Origin: Verrucomicrobiota bacterium
GTDB taxonomy: Bacteria; Verrucomicrobiota; Verrucomicrobiia; Limisphaerales; JADLHS01
Length of the DNA: 64,000 nucleotides
Direction of reading: 5' to 3'
NCBI GenBank assembly: GCA_049840435.1
Contig: JASGKY010000044.1
Location: 131,664-195,663 of the forward strand
Below, in pieces: positions 1 to 9,362 of the stretch. Numbering within the stretch: the stretch's first letter is position 1; each line of letters starts with the position of its first letter. The position numbers were made by a program, and so were the translations under genes. Below the pieces are notes generated by a model. It was given only the letters and a program-made list of their open reading frames with translations. It did not search any database and had not been told where the DNA came from.

Positions 1-117
1 CGTGGTGCTGTACGTCACGCCGACGCTGAGGCCCATGCGGTTGATCTTGTCCCAACCGCCGACTTCATCCGCCGACTTCTGCGTTTCCAGATCGAAATAG
101 ACAATGTTCTTCGCCAT
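1..117 (-). CDS. Ribonuclease H-like (YprB-type/DEDD) domain protein, 5' part only; runs off the window edge
   Basis: Own translation of the minus strand from ATG at 117: MAKNIVYFDLETQKSADEVGGWDKINRMGLSVGVTYS, with a YFDLET exonuclease motif. Divergent from the mlaE-like gene. Confidence 0.7.
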   Translation of the reverse strand, partial: MAKNIVYFDLETQKSADEVGGWDKINRMGLSVGVTYSTT

Positions 118-200
118 GTGACGGGCGGAAGATTAAGGGGCGCGCTGCACTGATGCGAGTCGCGAATTGACCACGCCCGCGTCGTCGCTACGCTGCCGTC

Positions 201-1052
201 ATGCAGGACGCTGACACGACCATGCTTGCCGCGCCACCGGCGCGCGTGGGGTGGTCGCGCGTTTACACGGAGATCGTCGGTCGTCGCGTCTTCGCGTTCT
301 TGCTGGCGCTGCATGGCATTGGGGCCTTCGCGTTGATCACGCTGGGTGTAATCCTGCGGAAATTTGGCGCAGCCCGGGCGGTCGTGCGGCCATTGGTGGC
401 CCGCGAAATTTCCCGGGCGGGAGTGAAGCTGCTGCCCATGTTCTTGTACACGGCATTAGCGCTGGGGTTTCTCGTCATTGGGCAAACCGTTTCGGTGCTC
501 ACGCGGGTGGGCGCGGCGAATAATCTCCTCGGCGACATCATGGTGATCGTGGTCGTGCGCGAACTGGGGCCGCTGCTGACGGCGTTTCTGGTGCTGGCGC
601 GGGTGGGGACGGCAAACGTCGTGGAACTCGGCACGGCGCGCGCGCTGGGCGAGGTGGAATCGCTCGAAGCACTGGGGATTGATCCGGTGCATTACTTCGT
701 CATGCCCCGCGTCGTCGGCATGGCGGTGGGAATTTTTGCGCTCACGGTCTATTTAATTCTTGGCACGCTGGTGAGTGGTTACCTCTGGGCTTTCGTGCAA
801 GACGTGCCCATTCAGCCGGGCGATTATTTCAATCAACTCGCCGGCGCGCTGACGTATCTCGATTTCGTTTTACTCGCCCTCAAGACGTGTGCGTTCGGCT
901 TCATCATCGCGATCGTGACTTGTTATCACGGCTTGGCGCAGCCGTTGCAACTGGACCAAATCTCCCGCGCCACCGTGCGGGCGGTAGCGCAAAGCGTCAT
1001 CGCCTGTGTGATGCTCGATGCGCTGTTCATCATCGCTTACCTGACGCTGTGA
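201..1052 (+). CDS. mlaE: MlaE-family ABC transporter permease
   Basis: RELGPLLTA, 'ELG...GEVESLEALGIDPVHYFVMPR' motifs; multiple TM segments; followed by an ATPase and an MCE protein. Confidence 0.9.
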   Translation: MQDADTTMLAAPPARVGWSRVYTEIVGRRVFAFLLALHGIGAFALITLGVILRKFGAARAVVRPLVAREISRAGVKLLPMFLYTALALGFLVIGQTVSVLTRVGAANNLLGDIMVIVVVRELGPLLTAFLVLARVGTANVVELGTARALGEVESLEALGIDPVHYFVMPRVVGMAVGIFALTVYLILGTLVSGYLWAFVQDVPIQPGDYFNQLAGALTYLDFVLLALKTCAFGFIIAIVTCYHGLAQPLQLDQISRATVRAVAQSVIACVMLDALFIIAYLTL

Positions 1053-1831
1053 TGAGCGAAACGGCCACCATTTCCACCCAGCCGCCCGCATTTGAAATGC
1101 GCGGGCTCGCCGTCGCCGCGATGAAGAATCCCAACGTCACTGTGGCCAAAGACGTGAATTGGACGGTGCAGTCGGGCGAGTTCTGGGTCGTTGGTGCACC
1201 GCAACATTCGGGCAAGAGCGATTTTCTGATGACGGTCGGTGGACTCATGTCACCAGCGGATGGTGAACTGTTCTTTTTAGGCGAAGCGATGCCGATTTTC
1301 GAGGAAGCCCGCATGCCTCATCGGTTGAAGCTGGGTTTCGTGTTCGACGGCGGACAACTGCTGGGCTCGCTGACAGTGGCGGAAAACATCGCGCTGCCAT
1401 TACGATATCACTCCCGGCTAGGAGCGGCGGAGATCGAGGCGCGCGTCCAGGCACTGCTGGAGCTGACTGAACTGACGCCGTGGGCCAATCTCACGCCAGT
1501 GAACGTGGCACGCAGTTGGCAACAGCGGGCTGGCCTGGCGCGGGCGTTGGCGCTGGCGCCGGAAGTGTTGTTGCTCGACAGTCCGCTGACCGGGCTGGAT
1601 GTGCGGCACACAAGCTGGTGGCTGCAATTGTTGGGTGAACTTTCGCGCGGGCATCGCATCCTGGATAACAAGCCGCTAATCATCGTAGCGACGGCGGATG
1701 ATTTACGACCGTGGCGGCGGCAGGCGAATCGCGTGGCGTGTCTGAGCAAACGCCAGCTTTTGGTGCTGGGGGATTGGAACGCGGCTGACGCCAGCAACGA
1801 AGCCGCGATGAAAGACTTGTTGCGGGAATGA
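1052..1831 (+). CDS. MlaF-like ABC ATP-binding protein with degenerate catalytic motifs
   Basis: ATG at 1052 overlaps the mlaE stop. Walker A APQHSGKS; LTVAENIALPL; 'RAGLARALALAPEVLLLDSP'. Confidence 0.85.
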   Translation: MSETATISTQPPAFEMRGLAVAAMKNPNVTVAKDVNWTVQSGEFWVVGAPQHSGKSDFLMTVGGLMSPADGELFFLGEAMPIFEEARMPHRLKLGFVFDGGQLLGSLTVAENIALPLRYHSRLGAAEIEARVQALLELTELTPWANLTPVNVARSWQQRAGLARALALAPEVLLLDSPLTGLDVRHTSWWLQLLGELSRGHRILDNKPLIIVATADDLRPWRRQANRVACLSKRQLLVLGDWNAADASNEAAMKDLLRE

Positions 1832-1890
1832 GATTGTCCCCGACCCGCGAATTTGAAACTGTGAGCCCAGTTTAACGAAACGAGAACCAC

Positions 1891-3048
1891 ATGGCACTGC
1901 AAGATCTGACTCCGCAATTGCGCACGCGGTTGAATCGCATGGAGCGCGCGGTGGGCGTGTTTGTGCTCGTGGCCGCGGTGCTGTTGCTGGTGGGGTTTGG
2001 GTATTTTTTGAGGAACACCGCCCAGCGCAAAGGTTGGTTTACCCCGAAGTTCAAGTATCAGACTTCGCTCAATAACGCGGCAGGATTAAAGGAAGGCGAC
2101 GCCGTGCGTTTGATGGGGTTTCCCGCGGGTAAAATTCTAAAAATCGAACCCAACGATCCCACTGATTATTATGGCGTGACGGTCACGTTTGAAGTGATGC
2201 AGCCGCATTACGGCTACATCTGGGACGATTCGCGGGTGAAGGTTGGCGCGGATTTGCTGGGGAATCGTTTCCTGGAAATCACCAAAGGCAAATTCGGTGT
2301 TCCCACGATCCGGGAAACCACGAATCGGATGGCGACGGCCATGTTGCAATGGAAATTAATCCGGACCGAACGAAAATTGGTGGAGCAGCAAATCCGGGCG
2401 GCAGAGCCGGAATTGGAAAGCGGCAGTCCGGCGACGTTCAAGTGGAAGGTCAAAGAAACACTTTTGGAAATGGCAGCAACCAATCTGGTGACGTTCTACA
2501 CGAATCTGAACGAGGTCTATTGGTTTGATCCGGACGAATCCCCCGCAGTCAATGAGCGGTTGGAGGAACTCGTGAACAAAGTCGAGGCGGCGTTGCCCGG
2601 AATTCTTGATTTGACCAACAAAGTAAGTGCTGTGCTCGGCAACAGCGCGGCGCTGGCTTCTAACTTAAATGCCGTTGCACTCAGTGCCCAACCCGCGGTG
2701 ACCAACTTTGCTGCGCTCGCGGCGGAGTTGCGCGGGCCGGGGGCGTTGGGCGAATGGGCTTTGGGGACGAATGGGCAGCAAAGTCTGGATGCCGTGCTGG
2801 GTAATGCGAATCTGCTGCTGGCGCACAGTGACACGAATCTGATCGCGTTGATGGAAAGCTTCGGGGAGACCTTGGAGAATCTGGCTGGCATCACGAGCAA
2901 CCTGAACGCGCAGGTGCAGGCGAACACCAACATGCTAAGTTCAATTTCTCAGGCGGTGGTGAACACCGATGACTTGATCCAAGGCTTGAAGCGCCATTGG
3001 TTGCTTAAATCAGCCTTCAAGAAAAAGCCGGCGGCGACTGGGAAATAA
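1891..3048 (+). CDS. mlaD: MlaD/MCE-domain protein with long helical C-terminal region
   Basis: N-terminal TM; 'AAGLKEGDAVRLMGFPAGKI' and 'DLLGNRFLEITKG' MCE motifs; coiled-coil tail. Confidence 0.88.
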   Translation: MALQDLTPQLRTRLNRMERAVGVFVLVAAVLLLVGFGYFLRNTAQRKGWFTPKFKYQTSLNNAAGLKEGDAVRLMGFPAGKILKIEPNDPTDYYGVTVTFEVMQPHYGYIWDDSRVKVGADLLGNRFLEITKGKFGVPTIRETTNRMATAMLQWKLIRTERKLVEQQIRAAEPELESGSPATFKWKVKETLLEMAATNLVTFYTNLNEVYWFDPDESPAVNERLEELVNKVEAALPGILDLTNKVSAVLGNSAALASNLNAVALSAQPAVTNFAALAAELRGPGALGEWALGTNGQQSLDAVLGNANLLLAHSDTNLIALMESFGETLENLAGITSNLNAQVQANTNMLSSISQAVVNTDDLIQGLKRHWLLKSAFKKKPAATGK

Positions 3049-3110
3049 TTTCCCTTCAGTCGCGGCAACGATTTCCCCGCACAGACGTGAGCTTCACACG
3101 CCCGCACAAG

Positions 3111-3281
3111 TCAGAGTTGCACCAGCAAGAAGATCAGACCGCCGATGCACAGGGCGAAAAATCCCACCACGACCCCGTCCACGAGGCCAAAATGGGACTG
3201 CGCCGAGTGATTGGCGGGCAGCAGCGACGGTTTCACGTATTCGCCGCTCTTCCGGCTGACTTTGAATGCCAATGTAGCCAT
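3111..3281 (-). CDS. Small (56 aa) single-TM hypothetical protein
   Basis: AGGAGG Shine-Dalgarno-like sequence just before ATG at 3281; [22 protein letters not shown]...; C-terminal hydrophobic helix. Confidence 0.55.
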   Translation of the reverse strand: MATLAFKVSRKSGEYVKPSLLPANHSAQSHFGLVDGVVVGFFALCIGGLIFLLVQL

Positions 3282-3454
3282 GCCTCCTGTTAAGCACAGC
3301 GCGGGCCAGCCAGCCCGCCGAGCAGTTGGGGATACTGGTCGCAGGAACAAGGCGAAGTTTTGGAAAGGCAGTCCCGAGAATTGACACTTCTGAGGCGGTT
3401 CGAACTTTGACGGGTAGTGCTTGCGTGTTGTCGTCCTGCCCGCAAAAATCCGGG

Positions 3455-4078
3455 ATGCAAGCAGATGGCCCTCTGAAAAAGCTGCTCCGGAGTCTGAACG
3501 CCGTGCGGCGCGGCGCGGTGAATACTCTCTGGCGCGCCGAGGCGCACTGGCGTGGGCTGGAACTGGGCCAAGGCGTGATTCTCAATGGGCGACCCTACTT
3601 TCAACGTGTCCCTGGGTCGCGGATTGTTTTAGGGGAACGCGTCTGTTTGAATACTTCGCTGCGCAGCAATCCCATCGGTTGTTCCCGACCGGTTTCATTG
3701 GTGACCATGCGGGCCGGGGCGGAGATTATTTTAGGCAAACACGTGGGACTTAGCAGCACGGCTATTTGTGCCGCCGTGCGAGTGGAGATCGGTGAGGGAA
3801 CATTTGTCGGCGCGGACTCCTACATTTTTGACAATGACTTTCATTCGCCCGTTGGAGAATGGCGCTGGGGGCCGCCAGCGCAGGATAACCCCAAGCCTGT
3901 GATCATCGGGCGCGGTGTTTTCATCGGGGCGCGGGCCACGATTCTCAAAGGCGTGACCATTGGCGACCGGGCGATTGTTGGGGCTGGCGCAGTTGTGACC
4001 AAAGACGTTCCGGCCCGCCACATCGCGGTGGGCAATCCGGCGCGTGTGTTTCCCAATCCGCAACTGGCGTCTGCCTGA
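3455..4078 (+). CDS. Hexapeptide-repeat (LbH) O-acyltransferase
   Basis: 'DNDFH...[39 protein letters not shown]...AVGNPAR'. Start taken at ATG 3455. Confidence 0.9.
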   Translation: MQADGPLKKLLRSLNAVRRGAVNTLWRAEAHWRGLELGQGVILNGRPYFQRVPGSRIVLGERVCLNTSLRSNPIGCSRPVSLVTMRAGAEIILGKHVGLSSTAICAAVRVEIGEGTFVGADSYIFDNDFHSPVGEWRWGPPAQDNPKPVIIGRGVFIGARATILKGVTIGDRAIVGAGAVVTKDVPARHIAVGNPARVFPNPQLASA

Positions 4079-4086
4079 TCTTCGCC

Positions 4087-5265
4087 ATGGCTGCAAAACC
4101 TTTGACCGTCGCGTGGATTTCAGATTTCCCGATTGAGTGGTTGCTGGAGATTCCTGAAGCGCTCCGCCACCTGCCCCGCCGGCATCCGGCTACTTGGGCG
4201 ATGGTGTTGCTGGCCGAGTTGCAAAAGAACCCCGCCGTGCGCGTGCATGTCCTTCTGTTGCGTGGGCGAATTGCACACGACATTACGTTCGAACAGAACG
4301 GCGTTACATTTCACGTGCTCAAGGCGAATCCCAAGTTGCGCCTCGCGTCTTTTTTCTGGCTCGACACGTTAAAAATCCGCCGGGCCTGCCAGCAGATTCA
4401 GCCCGACGTCGTCCATGCCTGGGGCAGCGAGAAGGGCGCGCCGCTCATCGCCCATCGGATGCGGTATCCGTATGTGATGACCATTCAAGGCTTGTTCGCG
4501 TGGTACAAGGAGCGGATGAAGCTGCCGCCGTATGATCGCTTCGTAGAAATCATCGAACGCCTGAGTCTGGGCCGCGCGCCGGTGGTGACGACTGAATCGA
4601 CCTTCGCTGTAAAATTTCTGCGGGACAAGTATCCCGCCTTGAAAATTCATCAGGCCGAACACGCGCCGAACCAGGCGTTCCATCAACTCCAGCGGCGGCC
4701 TCAAGCTCGGCCGGTGCGGTTCATCGCCGTGGGCGGGCTGGGGCAGCGCAAAGGCACGGACCTCATTCTGACCGCGCTCGAACAACTGCGGGACGAGTTG
4801 GATTTCACGATGACCTTCATCACGAATCCAAACACCGCTTACGTGGCGTCATTGCAGTCACAGGTGTCCGCCGCCACGTGGCAACGCATCGAGTTCAAGT
4901 ATCACCTGTTGCCGCCGGACGTGGCGAAGGAACTTGAAACGGCCACGCTGCTCCTGATGCCAACGCGCGCGGACACCAGCCCCAACGCGGTCAAAGAAGC
5001 CGTGGTAGCCGGCCTCCCGGTGGTGGCGGCGGAGATCGGTGGCATCCCGGATTATGTCGTGCCAGGCCAGAATGGCCTGTTGTTTCCAGTCGGGGATCGG
5101 GACGCTTTCGTGCAGGCCTTGCGGACGGCTTGCCAGCATCCGCTGTTCAGCCGGGGCGAAGTGGCAGCCGCCACGCTGGCCGCTGAGCGCGAGTATCTTT
5201 CCCCGGCGCTGATGGCGAAGAAATTTCTCGCCGCCTACGAAGCGGCAGTTGCGACAGGGCGCTGA
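4087..5265 (+). CDS. Glycosyltransferase family 4
   Basis: PDVVHAWGSE, RKGTD, 'DTSPNAVKEAVVAGLPVVAAEIGGIPDYV' GT-B motifs. Confidence 0.92.
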   Translation: MAAKPLTVAWISDFPIEWLLEIPEALRHLPRRHPATWAMVLLAELQKNPAVRVHVLLLRGRIAHDITFEQNGVTFHVLKANPKLRLASFFWLDTLKIRRACQQIQPDVVHAWGSEKGAPLIAHRMRYPYVMTIQGLFAWYKERMKLPPYDRFVEIIERLSLGRAPVVTTESTFAVKFLRDKYPALKIHQAEHAPNQAFHQLQRRPQARPVRFIAVGGLGQRKGTDLILTALEQLRDELDFTMTFITNPNTAYVASLQSQVSAATWQRIEFKYHLLPPDVAKELETATLLLMPTRADTSPNAVKEAVVAGLPVVAAEIGGIPDYVVPGQNGLLFPVGDRDAFVQALRTACQHPLFSRGEVAAATLAAEREYLSPALMAKKFLAAYEAAVATGR

Positions 5266-5280
5266 TTCAAGGTTGCAGGG

Positions 5281-5466
5281 CAAGTCGCCTGGTGCGTTGC
5301 GGGTTGGCGCGGAACATTGGTTAGGGAGAGTTCGCCGACAGCATGAGTGGGTAGGGTGTGACATCGGTAAAATTGATATAAGTCGTGTCGTTTGCGTTGA
5401 GCCATGGGAGAACGAAACTGCGCCTTGATGGCGAACGCCCAGCGCTTTGAGCCATCCGGCTGCAAC
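5281..5466 (-). pseudogene. Decayed remnant paralogous to the PQQ-like beta-propeller gene at 9363-10514
   Basis: Minus strand reads LQPDGSKRWAF (cf. ALRPDGTKRWEF) and ANSP*PMFRANPQRTRRL (cf. ANSPWPMFRANPQRTGRL). Nucleotides 5282-5336 closely match about 9378-9432. Confidence 0.75.
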
Positions 5467-5646
5467 TTGCGCAATGGTCGGTCGCGTGTTGATGAACTTA
5501 TAATCTACAAGACTGGCGCTGTTCGATAACCCCTCAATCGCAAACTTAGACGTAATCACTCCCCATGCAGTCATTACCAGCAGGGTCGATTTGATCCGCA
5601 GCCTGACAGATCTCTCAGCCTGCAGATATTTTACCGCGCGTCATGC

Positions 5647-6435
5647 TCAGAACGATTTAGTTTGTCGAACGCCAACGGCAAATAGGGATGTGCCAGTGGT
5701 TAGCAATCCCTTCAAGGCGCGGTGTTCTTCCCAACGATAAAGCAGGCGCATGAGCACCGGCGCCGGCCAGGTTGGGAGGCGCAGGTAATCAGCATACTCT
5801 TTAGGTTGGGGGGCGGCGTCTTGCTTTGAGCGCATGCGTTTAAGCACCGGAACCATCCAGCTGCCCCACCAAAAGACTTTCTGGAGTGCGAAGCCAGTGT
5901 TTTCAAACGCAGCCTGTAAAGTCGCGGGGACGTAACGCTTGCGATGTCCTTGGATGGCATCGAATTCTGTAAAAAGTTCTGGCAAGGCCGGGACACTGAC
6001 CACAATCAAGCCACCGCTGCGGACGAGTGAGGATACCTGGCGTATTGCGCCTTGGTCGTCGTCCAGATGTTCAATCACATCCAGCAGGAGCGCTGCATCG
6101 TAGGCCCCCAAGGCCGTTTGCGGAAGTGGTTGATTCAAGTCACACTCATAAATTTGCCGATGCGGGTGATCAATCAGTTCCAAAATCTGACGAGAAATAT
6201 CTAACCCTTGGGCTTGGTAACCGCATTTTTCCAAATGATCCAGATTGATGCCCCATCCACAGCCCACATCAGCAATTTTTGCCGGTGGCAGGATTTGGTG
6301 GGTTTTCAAAACCTTTAATGCCAGTTTTGCGCGGGCGGTCCACCATGGATGCTTTCGGACGACGCCGAGTGTTTTCACCAATGTCTGTTCCGGCATGAAA
6401 TCGTCCGCCGGCCCTTTCGACCAGGTCGTAATCAT
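5647..6435 (-). CDS. Class I SAM-dependent methyltransferase
   Basis: ADVGCGWG, LLDVIEHLDDD, VSVPA...GHRKRY. ATG at 6435 overlaps the GT2 stop (ATGA). Confidence 0.9.
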   Translation of the reverse strand: MITTWSKGPADDFMPEQTLVKTLGVVRKHPWWTARAKLALKVLKTHQILPPAKIADVGCGWGINLDHLEKCGYQAQGLDISRQILELIDHPHRQIYECDLNQPLPQTALGAYDAALLLDVIEHLDDDQGAIRQVSSLVRSGGLIVVSVPALPELFTEFDAIQGHRKRYVPATLQAAFENTGFALQKVFWWGSWMVPVLKRMRSKQDAAPQPKEYADYLRLPTWPAPVLMRLLYRWEEHRALKGLLTTGTSLFAVGVRQTKSF

Positions 6436-7433
6436 GGCTGGTTTATGCGCAGTGGTTGGTTGGCAGGCGAGAACAGCCCGAAGGTTTTTTGGACAATCCA
6501 TCGGGGGCGATGTTTGACTTCCGTGTAGATGCGACCTACATACTCGCCAAGGCAGCCGAGCAATAAGAATTGCATGCCGCTCAAAAATAGTAATCCGATG
6601 GCGATGGCAGCCCACCCAGGAAGCTCGCTAGCCTTGTGTCCCATGAACTCAAAGTTCGCAAGCCGCCAGGCCAAAATAAAGCTGCCCAACAGAATGGAAA
6701 CAAACAGGGCTAAAAAACCGAAATACAAAGAGAGTCGTAAGGGAAAAGTGGAAAAGGAAAAAATTCCATCCCCCGCCAATTTCAAAAGCTTTTTGAAAGA
6801 GTATTTCGTTTCTCCGGCTTGGCGGGCCTCGCGTGCGTATTCAATACCGGTCTGGCGAAAGCCAGACCAGGCGCGCAAACCACGTAGGAAGACGTTGCGC
6901 TCCGGTAGTTGACACAGGACGTTGACCACCGGACGCTTCATCAGGCAAAAATCCCCGGAATCCAACGGAATATCGATTTCAGCGATCAATTTTAAAATAC
7001 GATAAAAGGCTGCGTACGCGGAGCGCTTAAAAATGTTTTCCTTGCGCTTGCGGCGGATGGCGAAGACTACATCGTAGCCTGCTTGCAACTTCTGGAACGC
7101 ATCAAAAAAAATCTCCGGTGGATCTTGCAAGTCGGCATCAATGATTCCCACTGCTTCGCCTGTTGCGTTGGCCAAACCGGCAGAAACGGCGGCTTGATGG
7201 CCAAAGTTGCGGGAAAACACCACCACTTTGAAGCGGGCATCTTCCCGGTTCATCATTTCTAGCAAATGCGCCGTTCGATCAACTGAGCCGTCGTCCACCA
7301 ATATCACTTCCCAAGTAACGCCCAGTTTGGGGAGACATTCCAAGAGGCGATCTTTTAGTTTTGGCAGAACCGCTTCCTCATTGTAGCAAGGAATAACTAG
7401 GCTGAAATCGATTGTGGCGGCGGCTGGTTGCAT
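6432..7433 (-). CDS. GT2 polyprenol-phosphate glycosyltransferase (GtrB/ArnC/DPM1-like)
   Basis: VIPCYNEE, VDDGSVD, FSRNFGHQAA, IDADLQDPPE, two C-terminal TMs, GEYVGRIYTEVKHRP. Confidence 0.93.
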   Translation of the reverse strand: MQPAAATIDFSLVIPCYNEEAVLPKLKDRLLECLPKLGVTWEVILVDDGSVDRTAHLLEMMNREDARFKVVVFSRNFGHQAAVSAGLANATGEAVGIIDADLQDPPEIFFDAFQKLQAGYDVVFAIRRKRKENIFKRSAYAAFYRILKLIAEIDIPLDSGDFCLMKRPVVNVLCQLPERNVFLRGLRAWSGFRQTGIEYAREARQAGETKYSFKKLLKLAGDGIFSFSTFPLRLSLYFGFLALFVSILLGSFILAWRLANFEFMGHKASELPGWAAIAIGLLFLSGMQFLLLGCLGEYVGRIYTEVKHRPRWIVQKTFGLFSPANQPLRINQP

Positions 7434-7443
7434 GATTCGGTTT

Positions 7444-9030
7444 TTATGGAGCAACTGTTTGTCTCTCTGGTGGGATGTGATAGAGATAGAAGTGCCGGTC
7501 ATTTGCAAAATCGAAATGTTTGTCGTGCTTGGACCTTCGTGCAATTCGTTGCGCGTACCAGCTGAATGTTTTGCGGATAAGCGGATTATCGAGATAGGCT
7601 GGTTGTGTGGATACCGCGACTAATGGCCAGCCTCCACTTTGCGGTGCGGACGTGAGCAGCAGTGTTTGGGAACGGGAGGGCGTCAGTTCGATTAGATTAG
7701 TCATGACCACGATTCGCCGGTCCGCATGGACTGCGAGGACTCCTGCCTGTGCCGCCATTTCTGCGTCAAAATCAGAAAATAATGCCACTGTATCTGTCCT
7801 GTCAGTATGAGCTAAAACAAAGCGGGAAACTTCAATCTTACTGGCGCTGTAGGCGCGCTGGGCGAAGACAATCGCGAAAGAATGCAAAAGACAAAGCCCG
7901 CCCAAACTAACGTAGGCGAAACAACGCTGGCGCGATAAAGAAACCGTAGGGGGGGGGCGTATCGCACACTGACGTGTAGACAGCATGAGATGCAAAGTAA
8001 AAACCAGTCCTGGTAACAGCATGGTAACGGCCATCCAAGGATGGTGGCCAAAGTAATTTCGCAGCGTGAGTACCCCAGCTACTGCAGTCAAGATTGGAAG
8101 CCAGATTTTTATTGAGAGGGGGCTCTGTGTCCGACGTGCGCTGATGAATGCAACGCCCAAGGTTGCCAGCAAAGGCAGCAATCCCAATGCGTTGGTGAAA
8201 GTAATCCGGGCGATTGCTTTGGCCAGGGTCATGCCAAGACCGTAACCTGAGCTTCCCCACATGTAACTTCCGATAAGTCCGCCGCCTGCTTCTGCGGCCA
8301 CCGTCGGAGCAGGAATTGTTTGGGAGGCGTGGAGTTTGTCCCATACAGAAAGTCCCAACACCATCGCGGTGCCCAACCCGGCAACGATTGTATATGTAGC
8401 CAAATTGCGGCGCGCTATGCCATGAGAAGCCCAGACGGTGACAAAGACCATGGCATGTCCGAAGGCGGAGGTCCAGTTTAGCGCTGAATACAACAAAGTC
8501 GCACTGATTAACAGTGTCAGTTGTCCGGCGTTCAAGCGTGGATGACGCATGAGCGGTAGTACCAACGCAGCATAGGGGATAGTGGCATAGAGTGAAATTG
8601 CATTGGGATCCCGGTAAGCCGGATAAATCGTGTAGCCAGGACATAGCACTGCCAATGCGGCCACGATCCAGGCAATCCGCCCGTTCCCGATTAGAGATTT
8701 GGTGGCCCCGAAGAGCAGCAGGCTGAAAACTAAGTGAAAAGCCAGTTGGTCGTGTCCGGTCCAAGAAAAGAGTTGTTCGATCAAGTAGACAGGATAAAGA
8801 CTCGCGGCGCGATGACCGGCGTACACTTGCGGTGCTTCTAGCACCTGGAAACCACCCGGGTTGGTGACCATTTTTCCTCCCAACGTAGCCCAGCCGTATT
8901 GTTTCCAATTATTAACGGCTGCTTGAGTCCAGGTGGAATATTCCGCATGCCCTGCTAATCCAAATAACCCAGTGAGGACAGCCAAGAGCAACAGAATTCC
9001 AAGAACTGCTCGGCGAGTTTCGGGTTTCAT
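7444..9030 (-). CDS. Multi-pass membrane protein, probably GT-C-type glycosyltransferase
   Basis: About 11-12 hydrophobic segments, periplasmic loop after TM1 (YAGH), soluble C-terminal tail; directly upstream of a GtrB-like GT2. Confidence 0.55.
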   Translation of the reverse strand: MKPETRRAVLGILLLLAVLTGLFGLAGHAEYSTWTQAAVNNWKQYGWATLGGKMVTNPGGFQVLEAPQVYAGHRAASLYPVYLIEQLFSWTGHDQLAFHLVFSLLLFGATKSLIGNGRIAWIVAALAVLCPGYTIYPAYRDPNAISLYATIPYAALVLPLMRHPRLNAGQLTLLISATLLYSALNWTSAFGHAMVFVTVWASHGIARRNLATYTIVAGLGTAMVLGLSVWDKLHASQTIPAPTVAAEAGGGLIGSYMWGSSGYGLGMTLAKAIARITFTNALGLLPLLATLGVAFISARRTQSPLSIKIWLPILTAVAGVLTLRNYFGHHPWMAVTMLLPGLVFTLHLMLSTRQCAIRPPPTVSLSRQRCFAYVSLGGLCLLHSFAIVFAQRAYSASKIEVSRFVLAHTDRTDTVALFSDFDAEMAAQAGVLAVHADRRIVVMTNLIELTPSRSQTLLLTSAPQSGGWPLVAVSTQPAYLDNPLIRKTFSWYAQRIARRSKHDKHFDFANDRHFYLYHIPPERQTVAP

Positions 9031-9362
9031 CTGGCAAATCGTAATTTGTAACGCCGGGAGGTTAATGTTTCGTTGCAAAAACAATCAAGGTCGCAATCGC
9101 TTTTTCACTTCATATTGCAACGGTACAACCCAGTTTCAGATTTGAATGACGGCTTTTGAAGCCAACTAGCCACCCGTCAATTGGCCGGTCTATGGTTGTA
9201 GAGATCTGTGTGCGCATTCAGGACTAGGCGTGGCGATGCGCCCCTAACGTTGGCAGATTTGCTTGCTCAAATAAGGGGAGGCAAAATGCCTATGCTTTGT
9301 CAGGGCGACGACGAAGGCCAGAAGCAGTTGCCGAGTCGATGCGTAGAGGCCGGCTCACTGTA

